From Ramazzottius varieornatus (Eukaryota; Animalia; Tardigrada): DNA of 64,000 nt. Below the pieces are notes generated by a model. It was not told the DNA's origin and did no database searches. It worked only from the letters and a program-made list of their open reading frames with translations. The number at the start of each line of letters is the position of its first letter. Positions within the stretch are counted from its first letter, which is position 1. The position numbers were made by a program, and so were the translations under genes. The stretch spans positions 1 to 64,000 of the forward strand of contig BDGG01000014.1 in NCBI GenBank assembly GCA_001949185.1, written 5' to 3'. Positions 42,754 to 55,018 of the stretch are shown here, piece by piece.

Positions 42754-44380
42754 ATGACTCGTACCCTTGCGGCAACGGCGGTTCTCTTTGCCGCATTTGC
42801 CGTGTCCAACGGGGCGGTATGGAACAACGATGCCAGGTATACCAACTGGAACGTAGCGCCAGGCCTCAAGGACAGAAACGGCCTGACCAAGATCCCGGTC
42901 TTCCTGGAAGATGTAGCCTACCGTGCTGGTAAGTTTGGGGAGGTTAGTTTCACAAGTACTGCATCAGATAACCGATAGTTTGCACAGGTCGAGTCTTATT
43001 CTTCGTTCATAGACCCGACTTGCTTAGCGAGTATCAACAAAGCCATCACCGCCATGAACGCCGATCTACAAGGCTGTATCATGTTCGACCTTATGACCAC
43101 CCCCACCCCATCTTCCCTCGGCAAGGACTTTGTCTGGATCAGCACCAAATTCAACAACGGGTAAGTGATGCTGAAAAAAATTACTGGAATGCTTCAAGAA
43201 ACTCCGTGACAGTGCGTCACAGTGTTGATTTCGGTCTCGAGCATAAATTCCGGCCGTTCCATCGATCAAGTACAACTGTTCCACTAAGACTGAATAGTAA
43301 AGACTAACTTTTGTTACCCAGTTGTTATATCAGTTTTCTATATCAGTCTTCAGTTGACTTGTGTCGCTTGATTGATCGTTAAGTACGTAAATTACGCCCA
43401 GACTGAAATCAACACTGGTGCGTCACATTCGTGAAGCATTACAGTACATTCATCTGCAAAGAATTTGAAGTCGCCGCTGAGTGGAAATTTTGCAGGACTG
43501 AATCCGACACTTGCCTGAGTGTTCCCGGGCGCATTGCGGCACAGAACAAACAAGGCCAAAGGCTGTACATTAAAGGTAGCACCGCCGCTAAGGGCGGACA
43601 TTGCTGTGCCACGGAACGCCCTGTCATGCGCTTCTTGGCGCACACGATAGGCATGCGAAACGAGTTCAACCGTGCGGACCGCGATTCCTACCTGAAGGTT
43701 ACGCCGGAGAACGTCGATCCAGCTGTCGCCCAGTACGGCATGTATACCAAGTTAGCACCAGGACAAGGGCAAAACTTGGGTCGTTTCGATCATACGTCAA
43801 TCACAATGGCGGAGAACACTGAAAACGGAGCGGGGGTAAGTAATGAGTCAGGGAACCTGGACCTGAGTAGCTTATACATAGACTCTCTGAGGCGGTTTGG
43901 CTTGTAAACTTGTTCGCCAGGCTGATAGCATCCATCTGTCCGGCGGTCGGAGCCACCCCGTATCGGCGGAATGACTCTTAAGTGCGAGAACAGCCTGTCG
44001 GTTCAGTGACTCATCCGAGCTGATTTGGTCCAAAGCCACGGGAACGGTGAGCCGGGCTACCAGTTCAATACTGTAGGCTAGGACCGCCTGTAAAAGATTC
44101 CAGTTTTTATCGACTTAGACTGTAGTCTGTTACGAATACGATAATTTCAGAAAACGACCTTTACGCCCATCAGTACCACGGCCAAAGTTGGGAACAAACC
44201 CAAGCTCAGTCTCGAAGACTGCTTCCATATAAAAAACCAGTATGGATGCACCACAATGACGCTACCCTGCGACACCGATGGTAGGTTCAGCTTCCTCGAC
44301 GAGAGGAGTAACCTATTCCACGGCAGGCTCAACGTGCATGCTGACAAACACTTTATATTTCTCTTACAGCTTACCCCTAA
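42754..44380 (+). CDS. Secreted astacin-fold (peptidase M12A) protein lacking the zinc/catalytic motif, 267 aa; exons 42754-42928, 43013-43160, 43496-43835, 44151-44280, 44370-44380
   Basis: Signal peptide; INKAITAM..GCIMF, CLSVPGR, RFLAHTIGMRNEFNRADRD (canonical HExxHxxGxxHExxRxDRD), FDHTSITM, VGNKPKLSLEDCFHIKNQYGC. Four GT-AG introns give 804 nt with no internal stop. Confidence 0.85.
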
Positions 44381-44849
44381 TCGAGGGAGGACAAAGGACT
44401 GGAGGGCATGCTTTTGCGTGCTTGGTACTGCTAATGATGAACTGAGCTTGGACATAAATGTCCTTCGTTACTGAGCGACCCCTTTTCGCGCGGCATGGCC
44501 GACAATATTTAGTTGAGTTCGCAAATATGCGGAGAAATAAAGCTGTTTGATCCAAGCATTGCATTGGCTTTGCTAAACGAGGGGGTTCGGAGCAGCTTCT
44601 TAGACAGGCTGAGATCGTGGACGGGAACTTCCTGCACGTTGTCGAGTTCGTCTCGTGAGCTTGTTGGTCCTGGACTCCTGGTGACGCTACGCGTAGTCGC
44701 AGAAACGAAGTGAGCTAGCTAACGGCGGTACTCAACGTCCAATCGGCAGATCACGATGTGCAAAGTTCGAAGTCGTTCCTTAATTTTGACAATATTTTCA
44801 ATATTCAACTAATAACAAGTAACTTTATCGGCGCCAATGTAGAGACGAG

Positions 44850-45400
44850 AGCCAAGGAAGTGTGTAGCCTTAAAGTACTCATGGGATATCTCGTGCAAAT
44901 ATACGAAAAAGTAGGTGAGATCAAGCTCCAACAAAGTCTTCGAGCATGGGGAGTCGATCACAACCGTGGCAAAGCAAAACTTCTGTGAATCCAGTTCTTG
45001 GCTGAGCTTAGTACGAGTGAGATCCGCTTTTAACTCCATGAGCTTTTGGTCGAACTTCCCAATAGTTCGACATTCGCATCGAGATCAAGGCTACTGACGG
45101 AGAGAGGGCTAGGATATAGACAAAGCAAAAGGAAAGTGCTGTCAGAGCCGATGGCGACTAGCAGTCTCATAAGACGCGTTTCACGACCCTGAGTCCGCAC
45201 CTACCTCCAGCAATAACCGTAAAGTACTGTATTTTGATGGCTTCTGGTACCGAATAAGACATTATGACGGTAGGATTGGCGAGCGTTCTTTCAACGGCGA
45301 CGAGGCCGCTGGTGGTCGTCCAAAGAGCAACCGAATAGACTGTTCGTAGGTGCCCTGTAGCGTTGAGCGCCTGGGTATTTGGCGAGAATATTGGGTTGGG
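44850..45400 (-). pseudogene. Fragmentary GPCR pseudogene of the same family as 52850-53956
   Basis: SGLVAVERTLA (TM3-like) and FTVIAGGRCGLRVVKRV match FALVAGGRCGIRMINKRI of the intact paralog; IDSPCSKT resembles FDALCWKT of the 59798 copy. Heavily deleted. Confidence 0.5.
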
Positions 45401-45631
45401 TTGGGCAGCACGGTTAATGCTGGAGCAGCCGTCGAACTCAAAAATTTCATACAACGCTGGTTTCTCCTATTTGGCCGAACCGAGGTGTTTTCCAAATTGT
45501 TAGGGAAACGACTTTTTTCTGGAGGGGGGTTAGTCAAACTCTCAAAACCGCTCATCCAGTTATCTAGAGCCCGCGTTAAAGCATCAAACTCTGGAGTTAT
45601 TCGAAAAACGCATTGTTGAGAGAATTCTAGC

Positions 45632-48600
45632 GGACATGTTCATGTAGGGAAGAAAACTGGAAAAAGACTTTCTTATACCAGTTTTGATGCCGGCTTTGCA
45701 CTAAGGATGGGGGTTCCTATGGACTAGCTCCTTGGAACTGGAACTGAAGCTGAAACTGGAACTGGATGGAATTCCGAAGAGTTCCTAAATTCCTGTATTC
45801 CAGTTTCCAAATCAAACAGGTTAAAAATCGGAATTCCAAAAAGTTAATCAAAAGCTTACGAAATAGTAGGAACAGCAATTTACTGCCGAAAATCAGGTCC
45901 AAATACTGTAACACAAATAGTCTATCATAGTAAACATCATATGTTCTGTTCAACCGGCGGTTTGTACCCAAACAAATCGTTCAAAGTGAAGAAATCTAAA
46001 GTCACTGAATCACTGACTAGCTCAGCCGCATCCAAGAAAACATCAATACAGTCCGAAAACTCACTAACAATACTTTGCTGGTTAGTCAACGTGCTTCCAG
46101 CGTCAGCAGGTGCACACCCCGTCGGCTCGACCAAGTCGATCAAATTCACCTCTCCTACTTCCTTTTCGAGATCCTCCAGTCAACGTTTCTTTGAGGGTCG
46201 TCCACGGCGTAGCTCCATCCTAATGGTAGAAAGTTCAGTTGCAAGCTCCACTCGCATGCGGTTCTTTTCTGTATTGTGTACTCCACCATCGTACTCCAAA
46301 ATCTTTCCACACCTGCGGAACGAAGTATTACGATTAAAAAACAGTTTATTTGGGGTTTATTAATTGAATGCCGTAAATATCAGGTGGTGCACCACCCGAT
46401 ATGTTCATCACAGACCTTACCTGCCGCATGCGGTGAGACTTTAAGAAGAACAACGGCCAGCTCTGCCAGCTCCTTGTGGGCGGCTGAAGCATACTCCCAG
46501 AAGTCAAACGGATTGTCAAACTGAGATGCATACTTGGGCTCAAAAACATTTCTGTTGGTTAAGTAATGAACCAGGGACTGCCCTAGTTTGCCTGGGTTTT
46601 TTCCGAACAACTTGATGTAGAGTTTCGTGCAGATCACACCAAGAGGGCCAATATGCGACGTGGAATGATCCGCCCTGAACGAAGACATCTTGACTTTTGG
46701 ATGGAGAACCATGGCACAAACCATCAGCTCAGGATCGTAGAACTTTACCCATCGACTTTCTAACGCAGCGAGCACGATCTTCCTTACACCTTCATCCAAC
46801 ATCTTCTCGAAAGATTTGTAGATGTCACTGAAGCAAACACCAATGTCTGCCAAGGTGCAATCATCGGCCTCTGCCGTTGCCTGAGCTTTCACTAGTGGTC
46901 CCAGAACATGGAGAACCTGTCTTAAAATTGTCCAGAATGCATCATTCTCAAAAGTTTCTCGGTGTATTTCTGGAAGTGCGTATTTTCCGGAGTCTTTTGT
47001 ACCTTGAAACTTCTCGCCAAACGCCTGCGAATAAAAGCAGCTGTGATGAAAATATCCGGTGAGGCACCACCTGATATTTACTGCACAAAAATTTATTACG
47101 ATAGCGTCTAGAACTATGCAAAACCATCTACGAGAAAAGCCGTTTTGAATTTTGAATTTTCTGCAGACTGAAGTAATACGAATACCAGCGAGTATCGGTA
47201 GGCTTTGGTATGACAAACGGCTTGCCATAAAGACTTTTCTGGATGGAGGTGAGGCGGCCACGAGACAAACCACTTTCATTGCGCCAAGAGATGACGGCTA
47301 GTGAACTTGATATCACCTCTTTGAATTCCGGCACCAGCGTTAGTACGTGTTCAGAGATGATATTGACCTGGTGGGTACTACAAGCTAGGCCTTGATGTGA
47401 GCGCCATCTGAATCGCATGTAACAGCACGAAACGTACTTCCGTACTTGTGCTCCATTGTCTGTATGACTGCGTCGACTTCAGCAACGACGTATTCCTTGT
47501 TGTAGTTGAGACCACTGATATCTTTCACGCTTTCGAACACATGACTATTCGTTCCATTCTCCTCACGGACAATTGCCACGAAACCTGAGAAAACAACCAT
47601 CAGTCTCAAACGGTAAAAAGACGTAACCAACCGGTGGTGCACCACCGGTAGGAGTAACATCAAGAGAGAAAAGTTATTACCCAAGAGTTTGTTCTGAGAA
47701 ACGTTTTTGAAGCCATCAAACGTCAATGTGACATCCTCCTTGTGGCTGATGGCTTGCGTGACCTGCGATACAGTATCGTCGATCCTCGATTTCAGGATTC
47801 GATCCGTCAAAACCCTTCGGGAAAGCATTTCCACGGTTGGTCGTAGAAACTGAAACAACTTGATCAGTGATTCATTCTCAATGGACTGTAAGGAGAAGTT
47901 GCAGTCAGCGCAGGTGTCCGCAAGAAGTATCTCGAACTGCTGCTTCTCGACTTTGGTCAAGCTTCGATCCAGAAATCCAAACATGCTCGACTGTTTCTTG
48001 CCTCTTAGATCAGGCTCTGCTTTCTTCTCGGGTTTTGCAGCATATTTACTCTTGACTTCTTCAGGGACATGCTTGCATTTGGTCAGGTGGTTTTGCAGAT
48101 AGTACTTCTCACTACGAATAATCTCCAGTCGAAGGACGTTCGCTTTCTTGCAATGCTTGCAAGTAGCTTGGTGATACCGCGTCTTCTCGATTTTCTCCTT
48201 CTTCCTGTCGAATTCGTCCCATATGTCCAGGCGTAACTTTGCCTATCGTTTCACCTCCAGCACGTAAGACTCATCCTCCTCCGAAGAAGCCATCTGTTCT
48301 CTGGGAAGAAGAACACAACAAAGACTGACAAAATGAACAATACAGTAGGTGCACCCACTGTATTGTTTAAAGTAATCTGCTAGTGCGGTGTCGCAAATAC
48401 CGTACTAAAAAGGCAAGAAACTCCCAAAAATTTAATTACTTGGTGGAAGCTCTCGCAGTCCCACTGCGCCAAGTCAGCTACATTAGATCGCAACTGGAAT
48501 TCCAGATCGGTTCCTGGTTTCCAAAAAGGAACTCCAGTTCTCCACATTGATTGACAGAGCTGGAATTCCAAATCGCGTATAGTTTTCCAAGTAGGAATTC

Positions 48601-48834
48601 CAGTGCTCCAAATCGAGTTCAGCTGGAACTGGAAGGAATTCCTATGCTCCTATAGGAATTGGAATGGAACGGAACTTGGAACCCCCATCCTTACTTTGCA
48701 CTACAAGCCGGATCAGCTGTTTCCGGGACGCAGCTATCTGTCCCTTATAACCCGCCAAGAACTTTACTGACATACTATTGTTCACGGAAGTGTCCGCGAA
48801 GCCAGTTGTGCTTCCATACATGGAACGGTGTCCT
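45632..48834. mobile_element. Older inverted-repeat element interrupted by the hAT insertion
   Basis: GGACATGTTCATGTAGGGAAGAAAACTGG (45632-45660) is the imperfect reverse complement of CCAGTTGTGCTTCCATACATGGAACGGTGTCC (~48802-48834). Confidence 0.6.
45702..48693 (-). mobile_element. hAT DNA transposon, 2992 bp, perfect 16-bp TIRs and 8-bp TSD; damaged BED-finger transposase (~48293-45937) with three introns
   Basis: TIR TAAGGATGGGGGTTCC / GGAACCCCCATCCTTA; TSD CTTTGCAC (45694-45701, 48694-48701); GGAACT/GGAATTCC subterminal repeats. CKHC..HLTKC, TFDGF, CDSDG, CSTHQVN, TDTRWYS, LHP, FWEY..ELAELA..VERFWS. Introns 47680-47585, 47131-47025, 46420-46313. Stops/frameshifts near 48245, 47390, 46285. 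Confidence 0.96.
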
Positions 48835-50329
48835 GGATAACTTTTGGACGCTGGTCAAATGTTCATTACCGTTTTGTTTGGTGTCAACTCGAAACATATG
48901 TTCCCAAGGTTGAATTAATTTGTGCAGAAGAGGTAAGCTGGATATACGTCATCATTTTTTCGACCAATGGGAAGAACAAAATGGATTCTTCCTGGTGTCT
49001 TGATGCAGGTCGATAGTACATGGTTCCTGAGGTGTAGGAAGCAGAATCGAGCCGATCTGACGGTTAACCACACTTTTATGACCGGCCAAATTTTGTCGAC
49101 TGGTGAAGCGTGAAATCTGTCTTACTATAAGTTCACGGTGCTCGCTCGCGCACTCGTAATTTAACCTCGAGAATGTAGGTCGCCGCTAATGCACTGTGAT
49201 GTTTAACCTGTGATTTCGTTTAAGTCACGGGCATGTGACCCCTTCGGCCCAGGGTCAATTTAAGAGTGCTTCGTCTTTCTACAGTTACACGCGTCTGGTT
49301 TATGACTTGGAAATTTATTTGCCTTGAACAAGTCACCAACGAGTAGGGGAGCACTTCCGGATTGTACAACACTAACCACATCATATTCATTTTCTAGGTT
49401 CCCAAAAAAATCGGAAAGTTCGATTCAAGGTGAAGTTTTGAAACACGTAGACGGAACTAATTATTCCAATGGCAACGAATAATCACGCTTTTCAAAAAAC
49501 ACATTACTTCTCGAAGGGCACTACTGGATTACTGTCACATCGGGTACTTACAGTCTTTGAGCGGTTGTGGCCTTTGAGGATGAAAAAGTCTTCAGAGAAG
49601 AGTTTCCGATAGTGAAATCAGACCTGCGTGACTATAAGACTGGCAGTTTGAGTGGCACACTTGAGCATGCAGAATGCGAGTATGGGTGCCACCTAATATG
49701 ACATTACACTTTCGGTCGACGAGCGAAACTGCGATGCAAGCACTTTCACGATCCGATGGCGCACGTAATAAGGCCGAGCGAAGCGAGGTCTTTTGACACG
49801 GTGACGATTTTAACAGTGTCGTTACAGATGAAACTTTCTGAAATCGCGAACTCTGCTGTGTGAAATAAGGCGCCACTTGATCGGGGTGCTCGAAATTATT
49901 GTTTGCAAATCAAAAACCCTGGTCAGTCCGTTACGTTGGACACAACTGCAGCGTTTAGCCGACTCGCCTTTGTCTCGGCTATAGTGTGAGTTTGGGAAGG
50001 GGGCCGGGTGTTGCATGACAGGTTGGTGTTCTCGGGGTTCGGCCGCACTTGCTCGGCCTTCCCAGTGGTCAGGAACACTAGCTAGTGTTACTAAAAGCAT
50101 GGTAAGTGCGCCACATCGCAGTTAAGGTTGACCGAAAGTGTGAGCTTAGGGCTCAAAGTTTTTCGGGCGAGAAAGTGTGGACCGTATCTGTGATGCATCA
50201 TAAATCACTCACCATCGGAGATACAGCTGGTACACTTGCCCTTTCTGAGGTTTGTTGCATCTGACACCTTGATACACCAGGCGAACCGGACTATGAAACC
50301 CAGAGTGGACCATCCCCCCCTACGATTTT

Positions 50330-50702
50330 GCAGTTTTAAGTTTCAGGACCCCAAGACCAAAGTTGAACTGCCAATGCTATCTTACGTAACAGACATCGCG
50401 GTACTCGAAGGTGAAGTCCATTTGGCCATCTGACCAGTGGTCAGATGGCTACGTCGGAAAAGTCTAAAGGGGTTCGAATTTTTCACTCAGAGCATCATGT
50501 TTTAGGATGACGTCACGTAGCATGAAAATGCGTTGGTAGTCGTTCTGGCATCTAACCTCCTGGAAGGGGTTTCAGTTAGTGGTTACCCCTGAAATTTTCC
50601 AGAGTGTCTTCCCAGAAGGGCGAACATTATTCAGAGACTTTGAACCACGGCGAGCTACGGCAAACTTACCGCACGATACCCCTTGATATTCCCAACAACT
50701 TC
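50330..50702. repeat. Dispersed repeat, copy 1 (homolog at 56675-57001)
   Basis: Shared blocks AGTTGAACTGC, CCATTTGGCCATCTGACCA, GGCTACGTC, GGGTTCGAATTTTT, TCTTCCCA, GATATTCCC.ACAACTT. Perfect palindrome GCCATCTGACCA-G-TGGTCAGATGGC at 50425-50449. Confidence 0.75.
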
Positions 50703-51339
50703 AAGTCAAAAAACGCTACTTCGAAAGCAATTGATTCGAAAGCAGAAAGAAAATTGATTGTACTGGGAATGGGCCGCAGCTACCCAAATTTTGTTCCGAT
50801 CGACACAACTAGTCATTGAAAATGGCAGAAATTTTAATTGGTAATTCAACAAGGGCTAAATTGAAGTAATTTGAATTGTACCGTCAGAAAAGGTCTAGTT
50901 GATCGCGAGATCGTAAAAGGCCCATTGGACCAACATTTAGATTTCCGCACGAGTTGGCGGACTGCCGTCCCTGCGCTCCGCTCTCGGTCATAAGGGATCA
51001 CGCTCCAACATCCCTAACTCACGTGATACATAGCCCGGTTTGTCTAATTGCTGTCGCCTACGCCTAGACTGAGCTGATCGGAACCGACCAAACACCGCTT
51101 ATAAAAACAGGCCGGTTCGGCGTCTGGATTGCTTACGTAACCATAGTATCTGATCACGATAAAAATATCCAGTACGTTTCCTTTCTCGATGCTCGAGGGG
51201 CCGTGTGTAACCGCAGCAGACTGGGGTAACTCCAGGCTTAATCAAACACTTGACTGGGAACCGCGAAACTGTTTTCATCCTGGTATCATTTCAAGTATCA
51301 AGCGATCTATCACACCATGGAAGAGAGAATTCGACGACT

Positions 51340-51510
51340 AGTGTAAATAATTGATGTGCAGTGCGCATCAAACCTATCGCGCAGTACGTCATCGTGCACG
51401 TGAAGTAGCCCCGGTCCTGTTTCGCTGCCGGTACAACCGCCTACGGGCGGAGCATCGTCAAGTCAGTGCACGTACTGCGCGATAGCATCGAATATTTGCA
51501 ATATTTACTG
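51340..51510. repeat. MITE-like inverted repeat
   Basis: CTATCGCGCAGTACGT (51374-51389) / ACGTACTGCGCGATAG (51470-51485), perfect 16 bp; weaker outer arms and an internal CCGCC-TACG-GGCGG hairpin. Confidence 0.65.
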
Positions 51511-52849
51511 TTTGATCTGAACTCATTTACACCTAACTGGGGAACTGTGAGTACAGGCACTCTTCTCCTTGCCAATCAAACGAGCTAGCTAGGCAGCTAG
51601 ACCCGCAAATGCAAAGGGAGGCTGCGCACTTTCTACCCCATGCCACATCATACTCACGCGTTGAAGTAGCTCCAGTGCTCTGGAATCGCCTTGGAGAAAG
51701 GAAGACCAAGAATACGAAGACACGATAAACGATGAAGTCAACTACAACGCAAAGAAGAAAGCAGCTCAACAGTTATCTTCAAAACCGACCTCGACTGATC
51801 TGCCAGCCGGGGTGAAAGCCAAATTTGAATTATTTCAGGAAGGAGGAGATTCTGAAAAGTAGGTGCCCGCAAAGACCGGTGAAAAGGAAAGCATCACCAG
51901 CACACCGTTGGAGGAAGCACAACTTTCCTAAAAGGCGAAATGAGCTAAACGAGCTAAATAGCTCCGCAGGACTGCTAGTGACACCTGCCAAACCAGTCTG
52001 TACCACAGAACCTGTATTCTTGATTTGGATACGAAGAACGCTTCTAGACAGCTGTGACCGGCATGTATTGCAACGACGATCCACTGATTTTGTTTCCTCT
52101 TGCTTGAAGTTTTCGAAGTGACGAACCAGTAGAACCGTCTTCGACCGTTTCAGTTGTGAGCAACGCTCATTTGCGTAATATTATGGTCTCTCTTGGCGCT
52201 TGGAGAGCCAGGGGTAAGATGGCCAATGTGAGCAACAATTGTGCCGGAGCGGGCTACAATTATCCCGGACGTGGACATAATTATGCCGAGTAATTTTGAT
52301 ACCCCCTGTCCGCAATTATGCTGAAGGATACAAAGGTATCAATACAATTACTGTATGCTGACTATGTGTGCGTACTACTCAAACGTACTCATAGTGCTTC
52401 TATTCTCCCGCAAAACCAGAGAAAGAATAAACCACTCGGCACTGCTCCCAATAATCTGACCGTGGAGAACACTAGAACTTAATCGGCCACCTCTCCAGGT
52501 GGAGGAAACGGAAACCCTACCTGTAGCCACCGAATACAGCATCGGCTTTCCAACCCCGGGGCAGCTATTGCCGACGTATTTGAAGACATTATTAGATGCC
52601 GCTTTCGTGCACAGTGCAGAACTGATTAAAACGCCGAGATCCTTAACTCTGATGCTTGCTTCGGTGATGAGATGCGGTAACGTCCTACCTCGCACTGAAT
52701 GTTTCTGGTATCGTTTACTGACTCCTTATGGGCAGCTACTACAGATTGTCGGGTAGGGAAAGTTTCTCTCGCAGTCAATACCCCAATCGTGATAAGGGCC
52801 CGGTCGCCATTCGTCGGCCAGTTGCGCAGATGTTTCTTTGTCAAGCGCA

Positions 52850-53956
52850 ATGAACTTGTCGTTTCATCCAGACAACTCGTCTGTCCGTTTGTACACCAAC
52901 CTCAGTTCCCTTTCTATGACAGCCTTGCCAGCGAACGGCGTCATTGCTTGGGCTGCCCTCACATCCCTGGCATGCTTTCTGGGCTCACTAGCTTGTATAG
53001 TCGCTGTATATGCCATTCGGATCGCACATTCGCAGAACGATACCGGCGGTAAAACTCATCTACTGATGATCAATATGTTATGCGTGCATTTTTTGAACTG
53101 TAGTGTCAATACCCCAATCATTGTCTACATGGTGACCTTGAGCAATGTCTTTGGTCGAAGTCCGAACATCGACTGTAGTGCAGTCCAGTTTCTGAACTTT
53201 TCGGTTGAAAACACAATTTGCTGGTGTAACTTCTGCCTATCTTTACATCGTATCGTCGCGTTGCGCTTTCCAGCCAAATACGTTACAGTATCACAAAGAT
53301 CGTTTGTCTGGCCACTCGTCGTCTTTACCTGGGTAATGTCGTCCGCGCCTCATACTCCTTATCTGTTTGGTGTGGGCGGTTCATTTGCTTTGGTCGCGGG
53401 GGGAAGATGCGGAATACGCATGATAAACAAAAGAATCGTGGCGATTGTCATGACGTTTGGAACATATCTACCAACCGCTATTTCGGTTTTGTTTCTGATC
53501 TTATTGGTTCTTACCGTACTTTGGTTTTCAACGTGTCATCGAAATCAAGTCAATCTGCAACCACCGAAGGTTACCAGGACTATGCAGCGAAGAGTTCGCC
53601 TTGCCCAGACTTTAATTATTGCTGTGCTCTTCGAAACGCTGTTGACCAACACATGGACGATTATAGGGCCGTTCTTTCCGATGGTGTATGTGCGCCATCC
53701 ATGGACTTCATTGTGGTCCCGGACCTGCGTCGTCATCACTGCCGTCTTTGTTCCGGTGGGTCGATACTTTAGTGAGCACAGGACCTTTGTTCCAGTAATT
53801 TGGTATTGACTGTAGGTCACGATCTGCTCAATGAACATGGAATACAGGAAGTGCGCGCGAGATATCTGCCTCAACCGTGATGTGATCCCAGGTGTAAAGG
53901 GGAGGAAATCCGTAGCAAGAACGGAGAGCCGAATGATTAATGGAATGGGACCTTAG
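52850..53956 (+). CDS. Orphan class A (rhodopsin-like) 7TM receptor; exons 52850-53755, 53816-53956
   Basis: N-glycosylation sites in the N-terminus, seven hydrophobic segments, CLSLHRIVALRFP (DRY position), TM4 W, ECL2 Cys. Phase-0 intron in TM7 gives FVP/VTICSMNMEYRK; stop TAG 53954-53956. Confidence 0.85.
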
Positions 53957-54968
53957 GAAGGACACTATCAATACACCGATATGGAAGATGTCCCTATTAC
54001 TGTATGGAAGCTTTTGAGCAAGCCTTTTACGGGAAATTCACTTGCGTGGATCGCCCACACTAAGAGTATGAGGAAACGGTTGTTGAGTTAGCGGCCCCTT
54101 GTAACCCGTAGGCCTTTCCATGGGCTACTCCTGATAACCGCTGGCTATAACTCAATAACTGTGCCACAGACTGTCTATCTTAACACTTAGAAGACCACGC
54201 AATTCCGAGCTCTGGGAGTACAGGGGGGGGGATGTAGGTCACCGTCCCCAATTTTTAACTGGCTAAAATCGTGGGGTGGGGTCAGATCGGGCCAATCATC
54301 ACATGTACGCTTCGCATTTTTTGAGTAAAATGCGCCACTAAGTGAACCAAAGCGCCAGACCTTTTTAATTTGCTCTGACCACTGGCCACACAGCATGGAA
54401 CATACTGGAGCGTCTAAGACGGTACCAGTGTACTAGCTCTGTGTCCAATTTTTAAGGAGGCTTTCCGTCAGCCAGCTCTTGAGTAAAAATCTGGTCTGTC
54501 AACTCAAGACACAATCTGGTCAAAAACGAAATAGTCTCTCTCAAAATAGTCTCGCTGCTAGCCAGTTCCCGTCTTTTCTAACTGGAAGCGAAAAAGTTTC
54601 CGAAAGCAAACGTGAAAATTTGAGACGAAAAGGTCCAACAGTAGCCATTCCACAAGGCTTTTGGGGTGCGCCAGGCAACCGGGGTACCTTCTTGGTCTTT
54701 TAAGTGTTAACAACCGTTCCCCCGTAGCTGTTTTTGGTACGAGTAGCTACTCAAAACTATGTCTGACCACGGTGCTGACCGTACATATCGCGAGGCCAAC
54801 ATATCGGCCGACCAACGTCTTCGCCAGCCATGCTCTCGACTGATGAAAGTATGATACAGGAGGAGTAAGCATGTGTGACCCAGTGAGGAAATGTGTGACC
54901 CAGTAGTCTCAGACGGCGTGACATGTATCAAGTATGCATTACGTTAACAGAAACACTTTTTATGTAAG

Positions 54969-55018
54969 NNNNNNNNNNNNNNNNNNNNNNNNNNNNNNNN
55001 NNNNNNNNNNNNNNNNNN
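54969..55018. other. Assembly gap (50 N)
   Basis: Run of N. Confidence 0.99.

Noticed and set aside
43880-44095. Weak inverted arms (AGGCGGT..GCTTGTA / TAGGCTAGGACCGCCT) in astacin intron 3
   Set aside because: Too degenerate to call a MITE by eye.
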